From positions 41,483-73,482 of the forward strand of contig JBJOIT010000009.1 in assembly GCA_046046915.1 (NCBI GenBank): 32,000 bases of DNA. The letters are read 5' to 3'. Each line of letters begins with the position of its first letter. The first letter of the stretch is position 1. Made by a program: the position numbers and the translations under genes. A model generated the notes under the pieces. That model ran no database searches. It saw nothing but the letters and a program-made list of their open reading frames with translations, and was not told the origin of the DNA. Shown here in pieces: positions 8,045 through 17,236 of the stretch. This DNA is from Pseudomonadota bacterium. Its GTDB lineage: Bacteria > Pseudomonadota > Gammaproteobacteria > Burkholderiales > Burkholderiaceae_C.

Positions 8045-10825
8045 ATGACCACCGCAGCCACAACCCTACCAACAAAGAGTCATAACGATAGCCCCGCAGC
8101 AGAGCCCACAGAGCGCCTGTCGTCTTATTCCCGCTACGCGCTGCGTATCGGCCGTCGTTACAGCTCAGAGCTTGCCCTGCTAGACGCGGGTCTGCCTGAC
8201 CGGGAGCGCATGAGCCGTGCCTACGAGGCGCTACTTGCGCGCGGTGCCGACCTGGGGGCAGCCCTGCGCATCCTGCGCCAGCTGGTGCTGGAACGCCTGT
8301 TGCGACTGGACTGTGATGAAGCGATCGCCGTGCGCAACGTGACCGGCGCCATGACCGTGCTGGCCGAGTTCACCATCGATCTGGCCTGCCAACATGCCTG
8401 CAAGGAGCTTTCATTGATCCATGGCGCGCCACGCGGCCCCGATGGCCAGACCGCTCGTCTCTGGGTGGTGGGCATGGGCAAGCTGGGCGCGCGCGAGCTC
8501 AACGTCTCCAGCGACATCGACCTGATTTATGTGTACGACCAAGACGGCGAGACCACCGGCAACGAACAGGGTCGGGCACGCATCAGCAACCAGGAGTACT
8601 TTGGCAAGGCCGTGCGCGCTATCCAAAGCCTGCTGGGCGACGTGACCGAACATGGCTTTGTGTTCCGGGTCGACCTGGCACTTCGGCCCAATGGCAACTC
8701 AGGCCCCGCCTCCGTGTCACTGGGCGCGCTAGAGGAATACCTGCATGTGCAGGGCCGTGAGTGGGAGCGCTTTGCCTGGCTCAAGAGCCGGGTGGTGGCA
8801 CCGCTGGCCACCTTGCAGGACCAATCCGCTCTGCAATTGCGTCAGGTGGTGTTGCCCTTCGTCTTTCGGCGTTACCTGGATTACAGCGTGTTCGACGCCC
8901 TGCGCGTGCTGCACCGCCAGATACGCGAGCACGCTGCGCGCCGCAGCGCCGGCCGGCCCGAGCGCACCAACGACGTCAAACTGTCACGCGGGGGCATCCG
9001 GGAGATCGAGTTCATCGTGCAGCTGCTGCAGGTGGTGCGCGGCGGGCAGTTTCCCGAGCTGCGCACCCGTCCTACCGTCAGTGCCCTCAAGCGCCTGGCC
9101 CGGGCCTCCCTCATGCCTGAGGCCACGGCCGACGCGCTGGCCCGTGCATACAGCTTTTTGCGCCAGGTGGAGCACCGCATCCAGTACCTGGACGATCAGC
9201 AAACCCATGTGCTGCCCACGCAGGACGGCGATTTGAACTGGATTGCCAGGGCCATGGGCTTTACAGACTCATCCACCTTTTTGGCAGCACTTGATGCGCA
9301 CCGTGAGGTGGTGGCCCAGGAGTTTGATGTGCTGCTCGGCGGTGGCACCTCCGATTGCAAAGGCTGCAATGGCAAAAACAAGGGTGCGGTCAGCGCCACT
9401 GATTTCGATGAGCTGCTCCATCAGCTGCCCGCCAGATTCAAGGCCCGCGTGGAGGCCTGGCGTGATCACCCCCGCGTGCTGGCCTTGCGTGAGGAGTCAC
9501 GTCAACGCCTGGTGCAACTGGTGGCGCGCACCGGCGCCTGGGTGCGCGATGGCCGCGTCACCGAAGAAGCCGCCGTGCGCATTGCCGACTGGATCGAGCC
9601 ACTGCTGCGCCGCGAAAGCTACCTGGCACTGCTGCTGGAGCGGCCCATGGTGCACGAGCGCCTGCTGCGCCTGCTGGGCGAGGCCCGTTGGCCCGCGCGC
9701 TACCTGATCCAGCACCCCGGCGTGATCGATGAGCTGGCCAACAACCACATGCTCAACGAGCGCTTTGACGCCGTGGAATTTGAAGGCGAACTGGAGCGCC
9801 GCTTGGCGGCCCTGCAAACCACCCACGAGGACGACGACGAAAGTCTGCTCAATTTGCTGCGCCGCGCCCACCATGCAGAGGTGTTCCGTACCCTGGCGCG
9901 CGACGTGGAAGGGCGTCTGACAGTCGAGCAAGTGGCCGACGACCTGAGCGCCCTGGCAGAGACCGTGCTGCGCGTCACTACCCGCTGGTGCTGGGCCCGA
10001 TTTAAAAATCGTCACCGGGAAGACCACCAGTTCGCCATCATTGCCTACGGCAAACTCGGCGGCATCGAGCTGGGCTACGGCAGTGACCTGGACATTGTGT
10101 TTGTGTACGACGACGAAGACGAGCGCGCCGGCGAGGTCTACGCCGGCCTGGTACGACGCCTGATCAACTGGCTGACCGTCAAGACTGGCGAGGGCGACTT
10201 GTACGAGATCGACACGGCCCTCAGACCCAACGGCAACTCTGGCCTGCTGGTCACCAGCTTTGAGGCTTATGCCAACTACCAGCAGCAACGCGGCTCCAAC
10301 ACCGCCTGGACCTGGGAGCACCAAGCCATGACCCGTGCCCGCTGCGTGCTGGGCAGCGAGGCCCTGAGCCAGCGTTTTGACGAGGTGCGCCGCGCGGTCA
10401 TCACCGCCCCTCGCGACAGCGCCGATCTGGCCCGCGAGATTGTGGCCATGCGCGACAAGGTGAGCCAGGCCCACCCGGTGCGCGGTGAGATGTTTGACGT
10501 CAAGCACAGCCCGGGCGGCATGGTGGACGCCGAATTTGTGGTGCAGTACCTGGTGCTGTCACGCTCAGCCACTTGCCCCGCACTGCAAGACAACGTTGGC
10601 AACATCGCCCTGCTGGAACGCGCCCAGGCCCACGGCCTGCTACCCGACGGCACAGGCCACGCCGCCGCCGATGCTTACCGTAAGTTGCGCCGGGTGCAGC
10701 ACCACGCGAGGCTGAACGAAGAGCCCACGGCGGTACCTCCGGAAACGCTGGGGGTGGAGCGTGAGGCCGTATTGGCTTTGTGGAATGGTGTGTTTGGCGG
10801 AAGTGAGGTGGTTGCTACTGCGTAG
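8045..10825 (+). CDS. glnE: Bifunctional glutamine synthetase adenylyltransferase / adenylyl-removing enzyme
   Basis: 926-aa ORF with two nucleotidyltransferase cores: GKLGARELNVSSDIDLIYVY...LRPNGNSGP and GKLGGIELGYGSDLDIVFVY...LRPNGNSGL. Each is followed by a GlnE-type helical domain. Size and duplicated architecture are diagnostic. Confidence 0.95.
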   Translation: MTTAATTLPTKSHNDSPAAEPTERLSSYSRYALRIGRRYSSELALLDAGLPDRERMSRAYEALLARGADLGAALRILRQLVLERLLRLDCDEAIAVRNVTGAMTVLAEFTIDLACQHACKELSLIHGAPRGPDGQTARLWVVGMGKLGARELNVSSDIDLIYVYDQDGETTGNEQGRARISNQEYFGKAVRAIQSLLGDVTEHGFVFRVDLALRPNGNSGPASVSLGALEEYLHVQGREWERFAWLKSRVVAPLATLQDQSALQLRQVVLPFVFRRYLDYSVFDALRVLHRQIREHAARRSAGRPERTNDVKLSRGGIREIEFIVQLLQVVRGGQFPELRTRPTVSALKRLARASLMPEATADALARAYSFLRQVEHRIQYLDDQQTHVLPTQDGDLNWIARAMGFTDSSTFLAALDAHREVVAQEFDVLLGGGTSDCKGCNGKNKGAVSATDFDELLHQLPARFKARVEAWRDHPRVLALREESRQRLVQLVARTGAWVRDGRVTEEAAVRIADWIEPLLRRESYLALLLERPMVHERLLRLLGEARWPARYLIQHPGVIDELANNHMLNERFDAVEFEGELERRLAALQTTHEDDDESLLNLLRRAHHAEVFRTLARDVEGRLTVEQVADDLSALAETVLRVTTRWCWARFKNRHREDHQFAIIAYGKLGGIELGYGSDLDIVFVYDDEDERAGEVYAGLVRRLINWLTVKTGEGDLYEIDTALRPNGNSGLLVTSFEAYANYQQQRGSNTAWTWEHQAMTRARCVLGSEALSQRFDEVRRAVITAPRDSADLAREIVAMRDKVSQAHPVRGEMFDVKHSPGGMVDAEFVVQYLVLSRSATCPALQDNVGNIALLERAQAHGLLPDGTGHAAADAYRKLRRVQHHARLNEEPTAVPPETLGVEREAVLALWNGVFGGSEVVATA

Positions 10826-11386
10826 GGCGGAGGCCGGGATGTCGCCCCGGCGGGCGAGCTGCTTTCTTTTGCTCGCCAAAAGAAAGTAGCCAAAGAAAAG
10901 GCGACCCAAGCGTCTGCGACCCCGCTGCTATGCAGCGCGGCACCCTGCGGTGCTCGATCCAGCCGGGTGGCGCGCAAACTCGCTGACGCTCAAACATGCG
11001 CACCCCTTGATCCGGCTGGCTCTGCGCTCCTCGGCGCATTCGCAATGGGGCGATACCGGGAATTCAGGACTTCCTTAACTTCCGCTGCCCAACCCCTTCT
11101 GGTTGCGCCGAGCAGGTTCCTGACAAGGGGATCAGAAGAACGCATGTCTGAGCGATAGCGAGTTTGCGGTCTTCCCCCGTTTCAGGAAGCAGCGCAGGCT
11201 GCCCCGAAGCCAACAGCTTCGGGGTCGCAAACAGCGGGGTCGCCTTTCTTTTGCTTACTTCTTCTTTGGCGAAGCAAAGAAAAGTGAGGCGCTGCCGGGC
11301 GCCCCCGGCCTCTGGCCTTAGAAAGGCAACACAAAGCAGCTCGCCCGCCGGGGCGACATCCCGGCCTCCGCCCTAAGCAGTAGCAA
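10812..11386. repeat. Roughly 575-bp imperfect palindrome (foldback or MITE-like inverted repeat pair), non-coding
   Basis: Hand alignment of the left half to the reverse complement of the right half. Outer arms 10812..10865 and 11333..11386 match 53/54. Inner arms 10866..10907 and 11237..11284 match with a few mismatches or indels. Blocks 10973..11000 and 11141..11168 match 25/28. Blocks 11030..11038 and 11104..11112 match 9/9. The symmetry centre is near 11071. A 48-nt segment (11285..11332) occurs only in the right arm. Confidence 0.85.
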
Positions 11387-11412
11387 ATAGACCACCGCCG
11401 GGCGCTACGGCC

Positions 11413-14400
11413 TCACCCCTGTGCAGGGTTAACACCCACCTTCTCCCGCTTCACCCACCGCTTGATCCGTCCCAACAGGTGCTCCACATCGTCCACGAGT
11501 GTGAACACAGACGGAATCACCAGCAAACTGAGCACGGTGGAGGTGATCAGGCCACCGATCACGGCGACGGCCATTGGGCTTCTGAAGCTGCTGTCGGCAG
11601 CGCCCCAACCCACGGCCAGCGGCAGCATGCCGGCGCCCATGGCGATGGTGGTCATGACGATGGGGCGGGCGCGCTTATGGCAGGCGTCAATCAAGGCATC
11701 GAAACGGCTCATGGGCGCAACCACGGGGTGACCGTCGCTACCGTCATGGCCACGGCGCGCCAGGATGGCGTACTCCACCAGCAAAATCGAGTTCTTGGTG
11801 GCAATGCCCATGAGCATGATCAGGCCGATGAGGGAGGGCATGGAAAAGCTCTTGTCGGCCATGAGCAGGCCCACAAAGGCACCGCCCAGCGACAAAGGCA
11901 AGGCCGCCAAAATCGTGAAGGGGTGCAAAAAGTCCTTGAACAACAGCACCAGCACGATGTAGATGCACAGAACGCCGGTCAGCATGGCCAGGCCAAAGCT
12001 GGCAAACAGCTCGCCCATGACCTCGGCGTCGCCCAGCTCCAGCTGCTTCACGCCGGGTGGCAAGCCCAAGATGGACGGCAGCTTGGCCACAGCAGCGGCC
12101 ACATCTCCCAGCGGGGCGCCTGATAGCTCCACCTCAAAAGTGATGTTGCGCGAGCGGTTCAGGCGGTCGATCACGGCGGGGCCACCGGTCATTTCCAGCG
12201 TGGCGACCTGGCTGAGCATGACCGGCCCCTTGACCCCGGGCACCATCAGGCGGCCCAGTATGTCCAGATCCTGCCGGGCACTGTCGGCCAGCTTGACCAT
12301 GATGGGCACTTGCCGCTGGCTGAGGTTGAGCTTGGCCAGCGAGTTGTCGTAATCGCCCACGGTGGCAATGCGCAGTGTTTCGCCTATGGCAGCACTGGTC
12401 ACGCCCAGATCGGCGGCACGGGCAAAGTCGGGCCGCACGGCAATCTCAGAACGGATCAGGCTGGCGCTGGAGGTGATGCTGCCCAGGCCAGGTATGGTGC
12501 GCAGGTCTTTTTCCACAGCCGCAGCAGCCGTTGCCAATGCTTGGGCGTCTTCACCGGTCAGCACCAGCTGGTATTTCTCGCCACTGCCGCCCAGGCCTAC
12601 CTTGCTGCGCACACCGGGCAAGTCAGCCATGGCGGTGCGGATGTTGTTCTCGATGCCTTGCTTGCGCGGGCGCTGGCCGCGCTCGGTCAGCAGCACCGTG
12701 AGGGTGGCCTTGCGCACCTCGGTAGTACCGGGGGGGGCAAAGGGGTCCGAGCCCGCCGCACCGCCACCGATGGTGGTGTAGATGCTTTGGATGTGCTCGA
12801 CCTTGCCCAGCAGCTGGCGCGCTTTCTCAGCCGCATCGCGGGTTTGGGTCAGCGTGGAGCCCGGGGGCAGCTCGATGTAGACCTGGGTCTGCGAGTTGTC
12901 ATCCGGCGGGATAAAGCCCTTGGGCAGCAGCGGAATCAACATCAGTGAGCCGACAAAGAAAGCGCCCGCTGCGGCCATGGTGATCCAGCGGTGGCGCAAG
13001 GCCCATTTGCTGGCCCGCAGGTAGGCGCCCATCCAGAACGGCTCCTTGTGGGCACGCGGGCTGCGCCTCATGATGTAGGCGGCCATCATGGGCGTGAGGG
13101 CCCGTGCCACCACCAGCGAGGCAAACACCGCCAGGGCGGCGGTCCAGCCAAACTGCTTGAAGAACTTGCCCGGAATACCGGCCATAAACGCCGTGGGTAA
13201 AAACACGGCGATCAGGGTGAAGGTGGTGGCCACCACGGCCAAACCAATTTCATCGGCAGCTTCCATGGCGGCCTGGTAAGGCGTTTTGCCCATGTTCAGG
13301 TGACGCTCGATGTTTTCGACCTCCACAATCGCGTCGTCCACCAGCACCCCCACCACCAGCGACAGGGCCAGCAGCGTGACGGTGTTGATGGAAAAGCCCA
13401 AGTAGGCCATGCCCATGAAAGCCGGAATGGCCGACAGAGGCAAGGCCACCGCCGACACGAACGTGGCCCGCAGGTTGCGCAGAAACAGCCAGACCACGAT
13501 CACGGCCAGAACCGCGCCCTCAAACAGCATGGTCATGGAAGCGTCAAACTCCTCGGCCACCGGCTGCACAAAGTCAAAGGCCTGGGTCAGTTCGATGTCG
13601 GGATGCTGCTCTTTCAGCTCCTTCAGGGCGGCGTTCACGGCGGCGCCCACTTCTACCTCACTGGCGCCCTTGCTGCGGGTGATTTCAAAGCCCACCACAG
13701 ACACACCGTTGAGCAGCGCCAGGGCGCGCGGTTCTGCCGTGGTGTCCTTGACCGTGGCGACGTCATCCAAACGCAGGCGCAGGCCGTTGCTCAGGGTTAG
13801 CTCCAAGCGAGCCAGTTCCTCGGCGGTCTTGACCGTGGCCACAGTACGCATGGGTTGCTCGCTGCCGCCCAGATCCACCCGGCCACCCGCGCTCTCGGTC
13901 TGCACCTGACGCAGCTGGCGCGAGATATCGGCCGCCGTGGCGCCCAGGGCCTGCAGCTTGATGGGGTCCAGGGCCACTTCGACCTGACGGTTCACCCCGC
14001 CCACGCGCACTACCGAGCCCACGCCCTTCACGCCCAGAAGGCGGCGGGCCACCGTGTTGTCCACAAACCAGCTCAAGGCCTCGTCGTCCATCTTGGGCGA
14101 GCGGATGGTGAGGGCCAGGATGGGCGCACCCGACAGATTGATCTTGCTGACGACCGGATCTCGCACGTCGCTGGGCAGGTCACTGCGCACGCCCTGCACG
14201 GCACTGCGCACATCGTCCACTGCTTCTTGCGTGGGCTTTTCCAGGCGGAATTCGGCGGTGATGGACACACCACCGTCCTGCACCTTGGTGTAGATGTTCT
14301 TCAGGCCCTGCAGCGGCGCAATGGCGTTTTCAAGCTTGCGGGCCACTTCGGTTTCGAGCTGCGCGGGTGCGGCACCCGGCAAAGAGGCCGACACCGAAAC

Positions 14401-14532
14401 GGTGGGCAGTTCCAGATCGGGAAATTGCTGCACCTTCATGGAATTGAAGGACAGCAGGCCGGCGAACGTCAGCATGACGAACAGCATGACGGCCGGTATG
14501 GGGTTTTTGATCGACCAGGCGGAGACGTTCAT
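11413..14532 (-). CDS. RND efflux transporter permease (AcrB/HAE1-type inner-membrane pump)
   Basis: 1039-aa ORF with a 12-TM architecture and two large periplasmic loops. N-terminus: SAWSIKNPIPAVMLFVMLTFAG...FPDLELPTV. TM4 carries the proton-relay motif VLVDDAIVEVENIERH. A strong RBS (AAGGAGG) precedes the ATG at 14532. Confidence 0.95.
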   Translation of the reverse strand: MNVSAWSIKNPIPAVMLFVMLTFAGLLSFNSMKVQQFPDLELPTVSVSASLPGAAPAQLETEVARKLENAIAPLQGLKNIYTKVQDGGVSITAEFRLEKPTQEAVDDVRSAVQGVRSDLPSDVRDPVVSKINLSGAPILALTIRSPKMDDEALSWFVDNTVARRLLGVKGVGSVVRVGGVNRQVEVALDPIKLQALGATAADISRQLRQVQTESAGGRVDLGGSEQPMRTVATVKTAEELARLELTLSNGLRLRLDDVATVKDTTAEPRALALLNGVSVVGFEITRSKGASEVEVGAAVNAALKELKEQHPDIELTQAFDFVQPVAEEFDASMTMLFEGAVLAVIVVWLFLRNLRATFVSAVALPLSAIPAFMGMAYLGFSINTVTLLALSLVVGVLVDDAIVEVENIERHLNMGKTPYQAAMEAADEIGLAVVATTFTLIAVFLPTAFMAGIPGKFFKQFGWTAALAVFASLVVARALTPMMAAYIMRRSPRAHKEPFWMGAYLRASKWALRHRWITMAAAGAFFVGSLMLIPLLPKGFIPPDDNSQTQVYIELPPGSTLTQTRDAAEKARQLLGKVEHIQSIYTTIGGGAAGSDPFAPPGTTEVRKATLTVLLTERGQRPRKQGIENNIRTAMADLPGVRSKVGLGGSGEKYQLVLTGEDAQALATAAAAVEKDLRTIPGLGSITSSASLIRSEIAVRPDFARAADLGVTSAAIGETLRIATVGDYDNSLAKLNLSQRQVPIMVKLADSARQDLDILGRLMVPGVKGPVMLSQVATLEMTGGPAVIDRLNRSRNITFEVELSGAPLGDVAAAVAKLPSILGLPPGVKQLELGDAEVMGELFASFGLAMLTGVLCIYIVLVLLFKDFLHPFTILAALPLSLGGAFVGLLMADKSFSMPSLIGLIMLMGIATKNSILLVEYAILARRGHDGSDGHPVVAPMSRFDALIDACHKRARPIVMTTIAMGAGMLPLAVGWGAADSSFRSPMAVAVIGGLITSTVLSLLVIPSVFTLVDDVEHLLGRIKRWVKREKVGVNPAQG

Positions 14533-14541
14533 ACGGCCTCC

Positions 14542-15681
14542 TTATTTGGCAGCGGCGGGAGCGCCGTCCACCACGCGGACCTTGTCGCCATCGCTCAGAA
14601 AGCTGCCGCCACTGGCCACGATGCGCTCATCGGCCTTCACGCCCGACAACACCTCGACCTGGTCGCCCAGGCTACGCCCCACCTGCACCTTGAGTTGTGA
14701 CACGCGCTGGTCGGCTGCCACCCGGTACACATAACTGAAGCCGTCGCGCACCACCACGGCGGTCTGCGGCACGGTCAGGGCGCTGGAACTGCCCAACTCA
14801 AACTCGCCACGGGCAAACATGCCGGGCTTGAAGCTCTGGCCAGCGCCAGCAGCGGCCAGCACATCCACGTAGACCAGACCATTGCGCGTGGCGACATCCA
14901 CTGTGGGCGCCACCATGCGCACGCGGCCCTTGGCTTGAGCCCCGCCTGGCGCTGTGAGCAGCACCTGGGTGCCAGTCTTCACGCGAGCCAGCTCGGCAGA
15001 AGTGACTTCACCGCGCCATTCCAGACGGCTTTGACGGATGAGTTTGAACATCTCGGCACCGGCCCCCACCACCGCGCCCACGGTAGAGGTGCGGGCGGAG
15101 ATGATGCCGTCATCTGGCGCCAGCAACTGGGTGTGTTTGAGGCGCAGCAGTTGCGCATCCAGCTGCGCTTGCGCCGACGCCACTCGGGCCTTGGCGGTCT
15201 GCTCCTGGGTCAGGTACTGACTGACCTGTTGGGCGCTCAGCGCGCCGGTGCCTTGCACCGCACGCGCCCGGTCGGCATTGTTCAAGGCTTCTGCGGCCAG
15301 GGCCTGGGCCTCGGCCAGCGAGGCGCGCGTCAAGGCCACGTCGGCCTGCACGCTTTCGGCGGCAAAACTGGCCAACAACTGGCCGCGCTTGACCTGGTCG
15401 CCCACCCCCACCAGCAGCTCTTGCACACGCAGTCCGCCCGCTTCAGAGCCCACACTGGCTTCTTGCCAGGCCGCCACGCTGCCATTGGCCGCCAGTTTGA
15501 TCGGCAGGGTGTTGCTCTTGGCCTGAACCGTGCTCACCGTCAGGGCTGGCTTGGCCTCGGCAGCAGGCTTGACGGGTTCTGCCGCGTGGCTTTGGCTTGC
15601 CAGCAGGCCCAGGGCAGACAAGGTGATGAGGCTGGCGGCCATCAGGCCACGGGTCAGGGCTTGGACTTGAAAACGGTTCAT
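14542..15681 (-). CDS. RND efflux periplasmic adaptor (membrane fusion protein, HlyD/AcrA family)
   Basis: The track ORF 14542..15702 starts at TTG. I prefer the ATG at 15681 (MNRFQVQALTRGLMAASLITLSALGLLASQSHA, signal-like). It has a coiled-coil, Ala/Gln-rich hairpin region and beta-barrel segments typical of MFPs. Its stop lies 9 nt before the RND gene. Confidence 0.88.
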   Translation of the reverse strand: MNRFQVQALTRGLMAASLITLSALGLLASQSHAAEPVKPAAEAKPALTVSTVQAKSNTLPIKLAANGSVAAWQEASVGSEAGGLRVQELLVGVGDQVKRGQLLASFAAESVQADVALTRASLAEAQALAAEALNNADRARAVQGTGALSAQQVSQYLTQEQTAKARVASAQAQLDAQLLRLKHTQLLAPDDGIISARTSTVGAVVGAGAEMFKLIRQSRLEWRGEVTSAELARVKTGTQVLLTAPGGAQAKGRVRMVAPTVDVATRNGLVYVDVLAAAGAGQSFKPGMFARGEFELGSSSALTVPQTAVVVRDGFSYVYRVAADQRVSQLKVQVGRSLGDQVEVLSGVKADERIVASGGSFLSDGDKVRVVDGAPAAAK

Positions 15682-15737
15682 GGTAATGCTCGGTTCAAAC
15701 AAGAAAAAGAAGATGTCGAGGCTGGGTCAAACGCGCC

Positions 15738-17186
15738 TCAACGGGCGGCTCGTGCCGAAGTGGCAACAGATGAGGCTGGCACGGCGGCGGCCGGGTCCCA
15801 GCCACCACCCAGGGCACGGTAGAGCGAGACCCAGGCGCGGTTGCGTTCCCCCTGCAAATTCAGCTGGGCGGACCGTGAGCCCAAGGCCATGCGACGGGCG
15901 TCCTCCAGCTCCATCAGGCTGGCCAGGCCTTGCTGGTATCGGGCCTCGGTGGCAGCCATCGATTCGGCATAACCCCGGGTGGCGGTTTCAGCGTCCAGTC
16001 GGCGGGCATCGGTGCTTTGCAGGTTGACCAGTGCCTCTTCAACCTCGCGCACGGCCTGGCGCACCTTGCCACGGTAAGCGGCTACCGCTTGTTCGTAGGC
16101 CGCCTCAGCCGCCAGCACGTTGGCCTTGCGCTGCCCGGCATCAAACACCGGCAACTTCAGGGCGAGGGGGCCAAAGGACCAGGTCTGCAAGCTGGTATCG
16201 GTGCCACGGCTGGTGTAGCTCAGGGTACCGAGGTTGCCATCGAGCGTCAGACGCGGGTAGCGCTGCGCCTTGGCACTGCCGACCTGGGCGCTGGCCACCA
16301 CCACCTCGCGCTCGGCCGCATAGACATCGGGGCGCTGGGTCAGGGTTTGTGCGGGCACGCTGGCAATGGCGATGGGGGCCGCCTGCACAGCCTGCGCGCT
16401 CAGTGGCTGCAGCTTTTTGCGCAAGGTTGGCTCCGGCAGGGCCGTCAGGGCCACCAGGGCTTTGACGTTCAGGTCACAGGCGGCAGTCTGTTGCGTTACC
16501 CGGCTGTTGCCGTCGGCCGCACTGGCGCGGGCCAATGCCGCCATTGAGGGCGCGGTAAAGCCCGCCTTGGCACTGAGCTCCGCCAGGCGCGCCGTCTCGG
16601 CCCGCGACGCGGCATCCTGGCGTGCCACGTTCAACAACTGCTGGCAGGCCGACAGGCCGTAGTAGGTGTTGGCCACCTCAGCGGCCACGGCCACCCGGGC
16701 CTCGTGCCACTGGGCCTGCGTGCCCTCCAGCTGAGCCAGGGCGGCTTTGTTGACCGCCCGGTTGGCGCCCACCAGGTCCAGCTCCCACGAGGCCTGAAAA
16801 CCACTCGACAGGACCGTGGCCACCGGCACATTAGGCTGGCTGACACCCCGGCTGGCGTTGACCGAGGCATCGACCTTGGGCAGCAAGGCCGCCTGGGCAG
16901 ACACCTGCGAGGCACGCGACGCCTCCAGACGGGCCAGTGCCGCCGCCACATTGGGGCTGGTGCCCTGCGCGGCCACCACCAGCTCAGCCAGCACCGGATC
17001 GCCCTGCTGTTGCCACCACTCAGACAAAGCGCTGACGGTGCCCTGGTGCGGCAGCGGCGCCTCCCATTGGGGGGCGACCTCCACGCTAACCTGGGTGGGT
17101 GGCATGAGGATGGAACAGGCGGACAGCGCCATCACGGCTGCTGCGCTGGTCAGGGTTCGGTAGCTTCGGGGCAGGTGGGTCTTCAT
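15738..17186 (-). CDS. Efflux outer-membrane factor lipoprotein (NodT/OprM family)
   Basis: 482-aa ORF. Lipoprotein signal with lipobox: AAAVMALSAC. Two repeated TolC-like helical halves. C-terminal ...LYRALGGGW motif typical of NodT-family OMFs. Confidence 0.9.
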   Translation of the reverse strand: MKTHLPRSYRTLTSAAAVMALSACSILMPPTQVSVEVAPQWEAPLPHQGTVSALSEWWQQQGDPVLAELVVAAQGTSPNVAAALARLEASRASQVSAQAALLPKVDASVNASRGVSQPNVPVATVLSSGFQASWELDLVGANRAVNKAALAQLEGTQAQWHEARVAVAAEVANTYYGLSACQQLLNVARQDAASRAETARLAELSAKAGFTAPSMAALARASAADGNSRVTQQTAACDLNVKALVALTALPEPTLRKKLQPLSAQAVQAAPIAIASVPAQTLTQRPDVYAAEREVVVASAQVGSAKAQRYPRLTLDGNLGTLSYTSRGTDTSLQTWSFGPLALKLPVFDAGQRKANVLAAEAAYEQAVAAYRGKVRQAVREVEEALVNLQSTDARRLDAETATRGYAESMAATEARYQQGLASLMELEDARRMALGSRSAQLNLQGERNRAWVSLYRALGGGWDPAAAVPASSVATSARAAR

Positions 17187-17236
17187 GGGGGAATGGAGGG
17201 CTCGGTGAGGTTATGTGTTGGTTCGGATAAAGCGGC

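Noticed and set aside
9497-10507. 336-aa minus-strand ORF inside glnE
   Set aside because: It is antisense to a gene with unmistakable GlnE motifs. The low-complexity, Ala/Gly/Gln/His-rich translation is a high-GC artefact.
10640-11376. Short ORFs inside the palindromic element (10640..10909-, 10675..10977-, 10815..11045-, 10967..11158+, 11164..11376+)
   Set aside because: ORFs on opposite strands encode near-identical peptide strings (for example SSSPAGATSRPPP), because the DNA is an inverted repeat. There is no RBS and no domain features. I treat the region as non-coding repeat.
14935-16547. Plus-strand ORFs of 295 aa (14935..15822) and 205 aa (15930..16547) within the efflux operon. ORFs at 13855..14700 and 12310..12948 are similar.
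   Set aside because: They are antisense to the MFP, OMF and RND genes. Their translations are Gly/His/Gln/Arg-rich and low-complexity.
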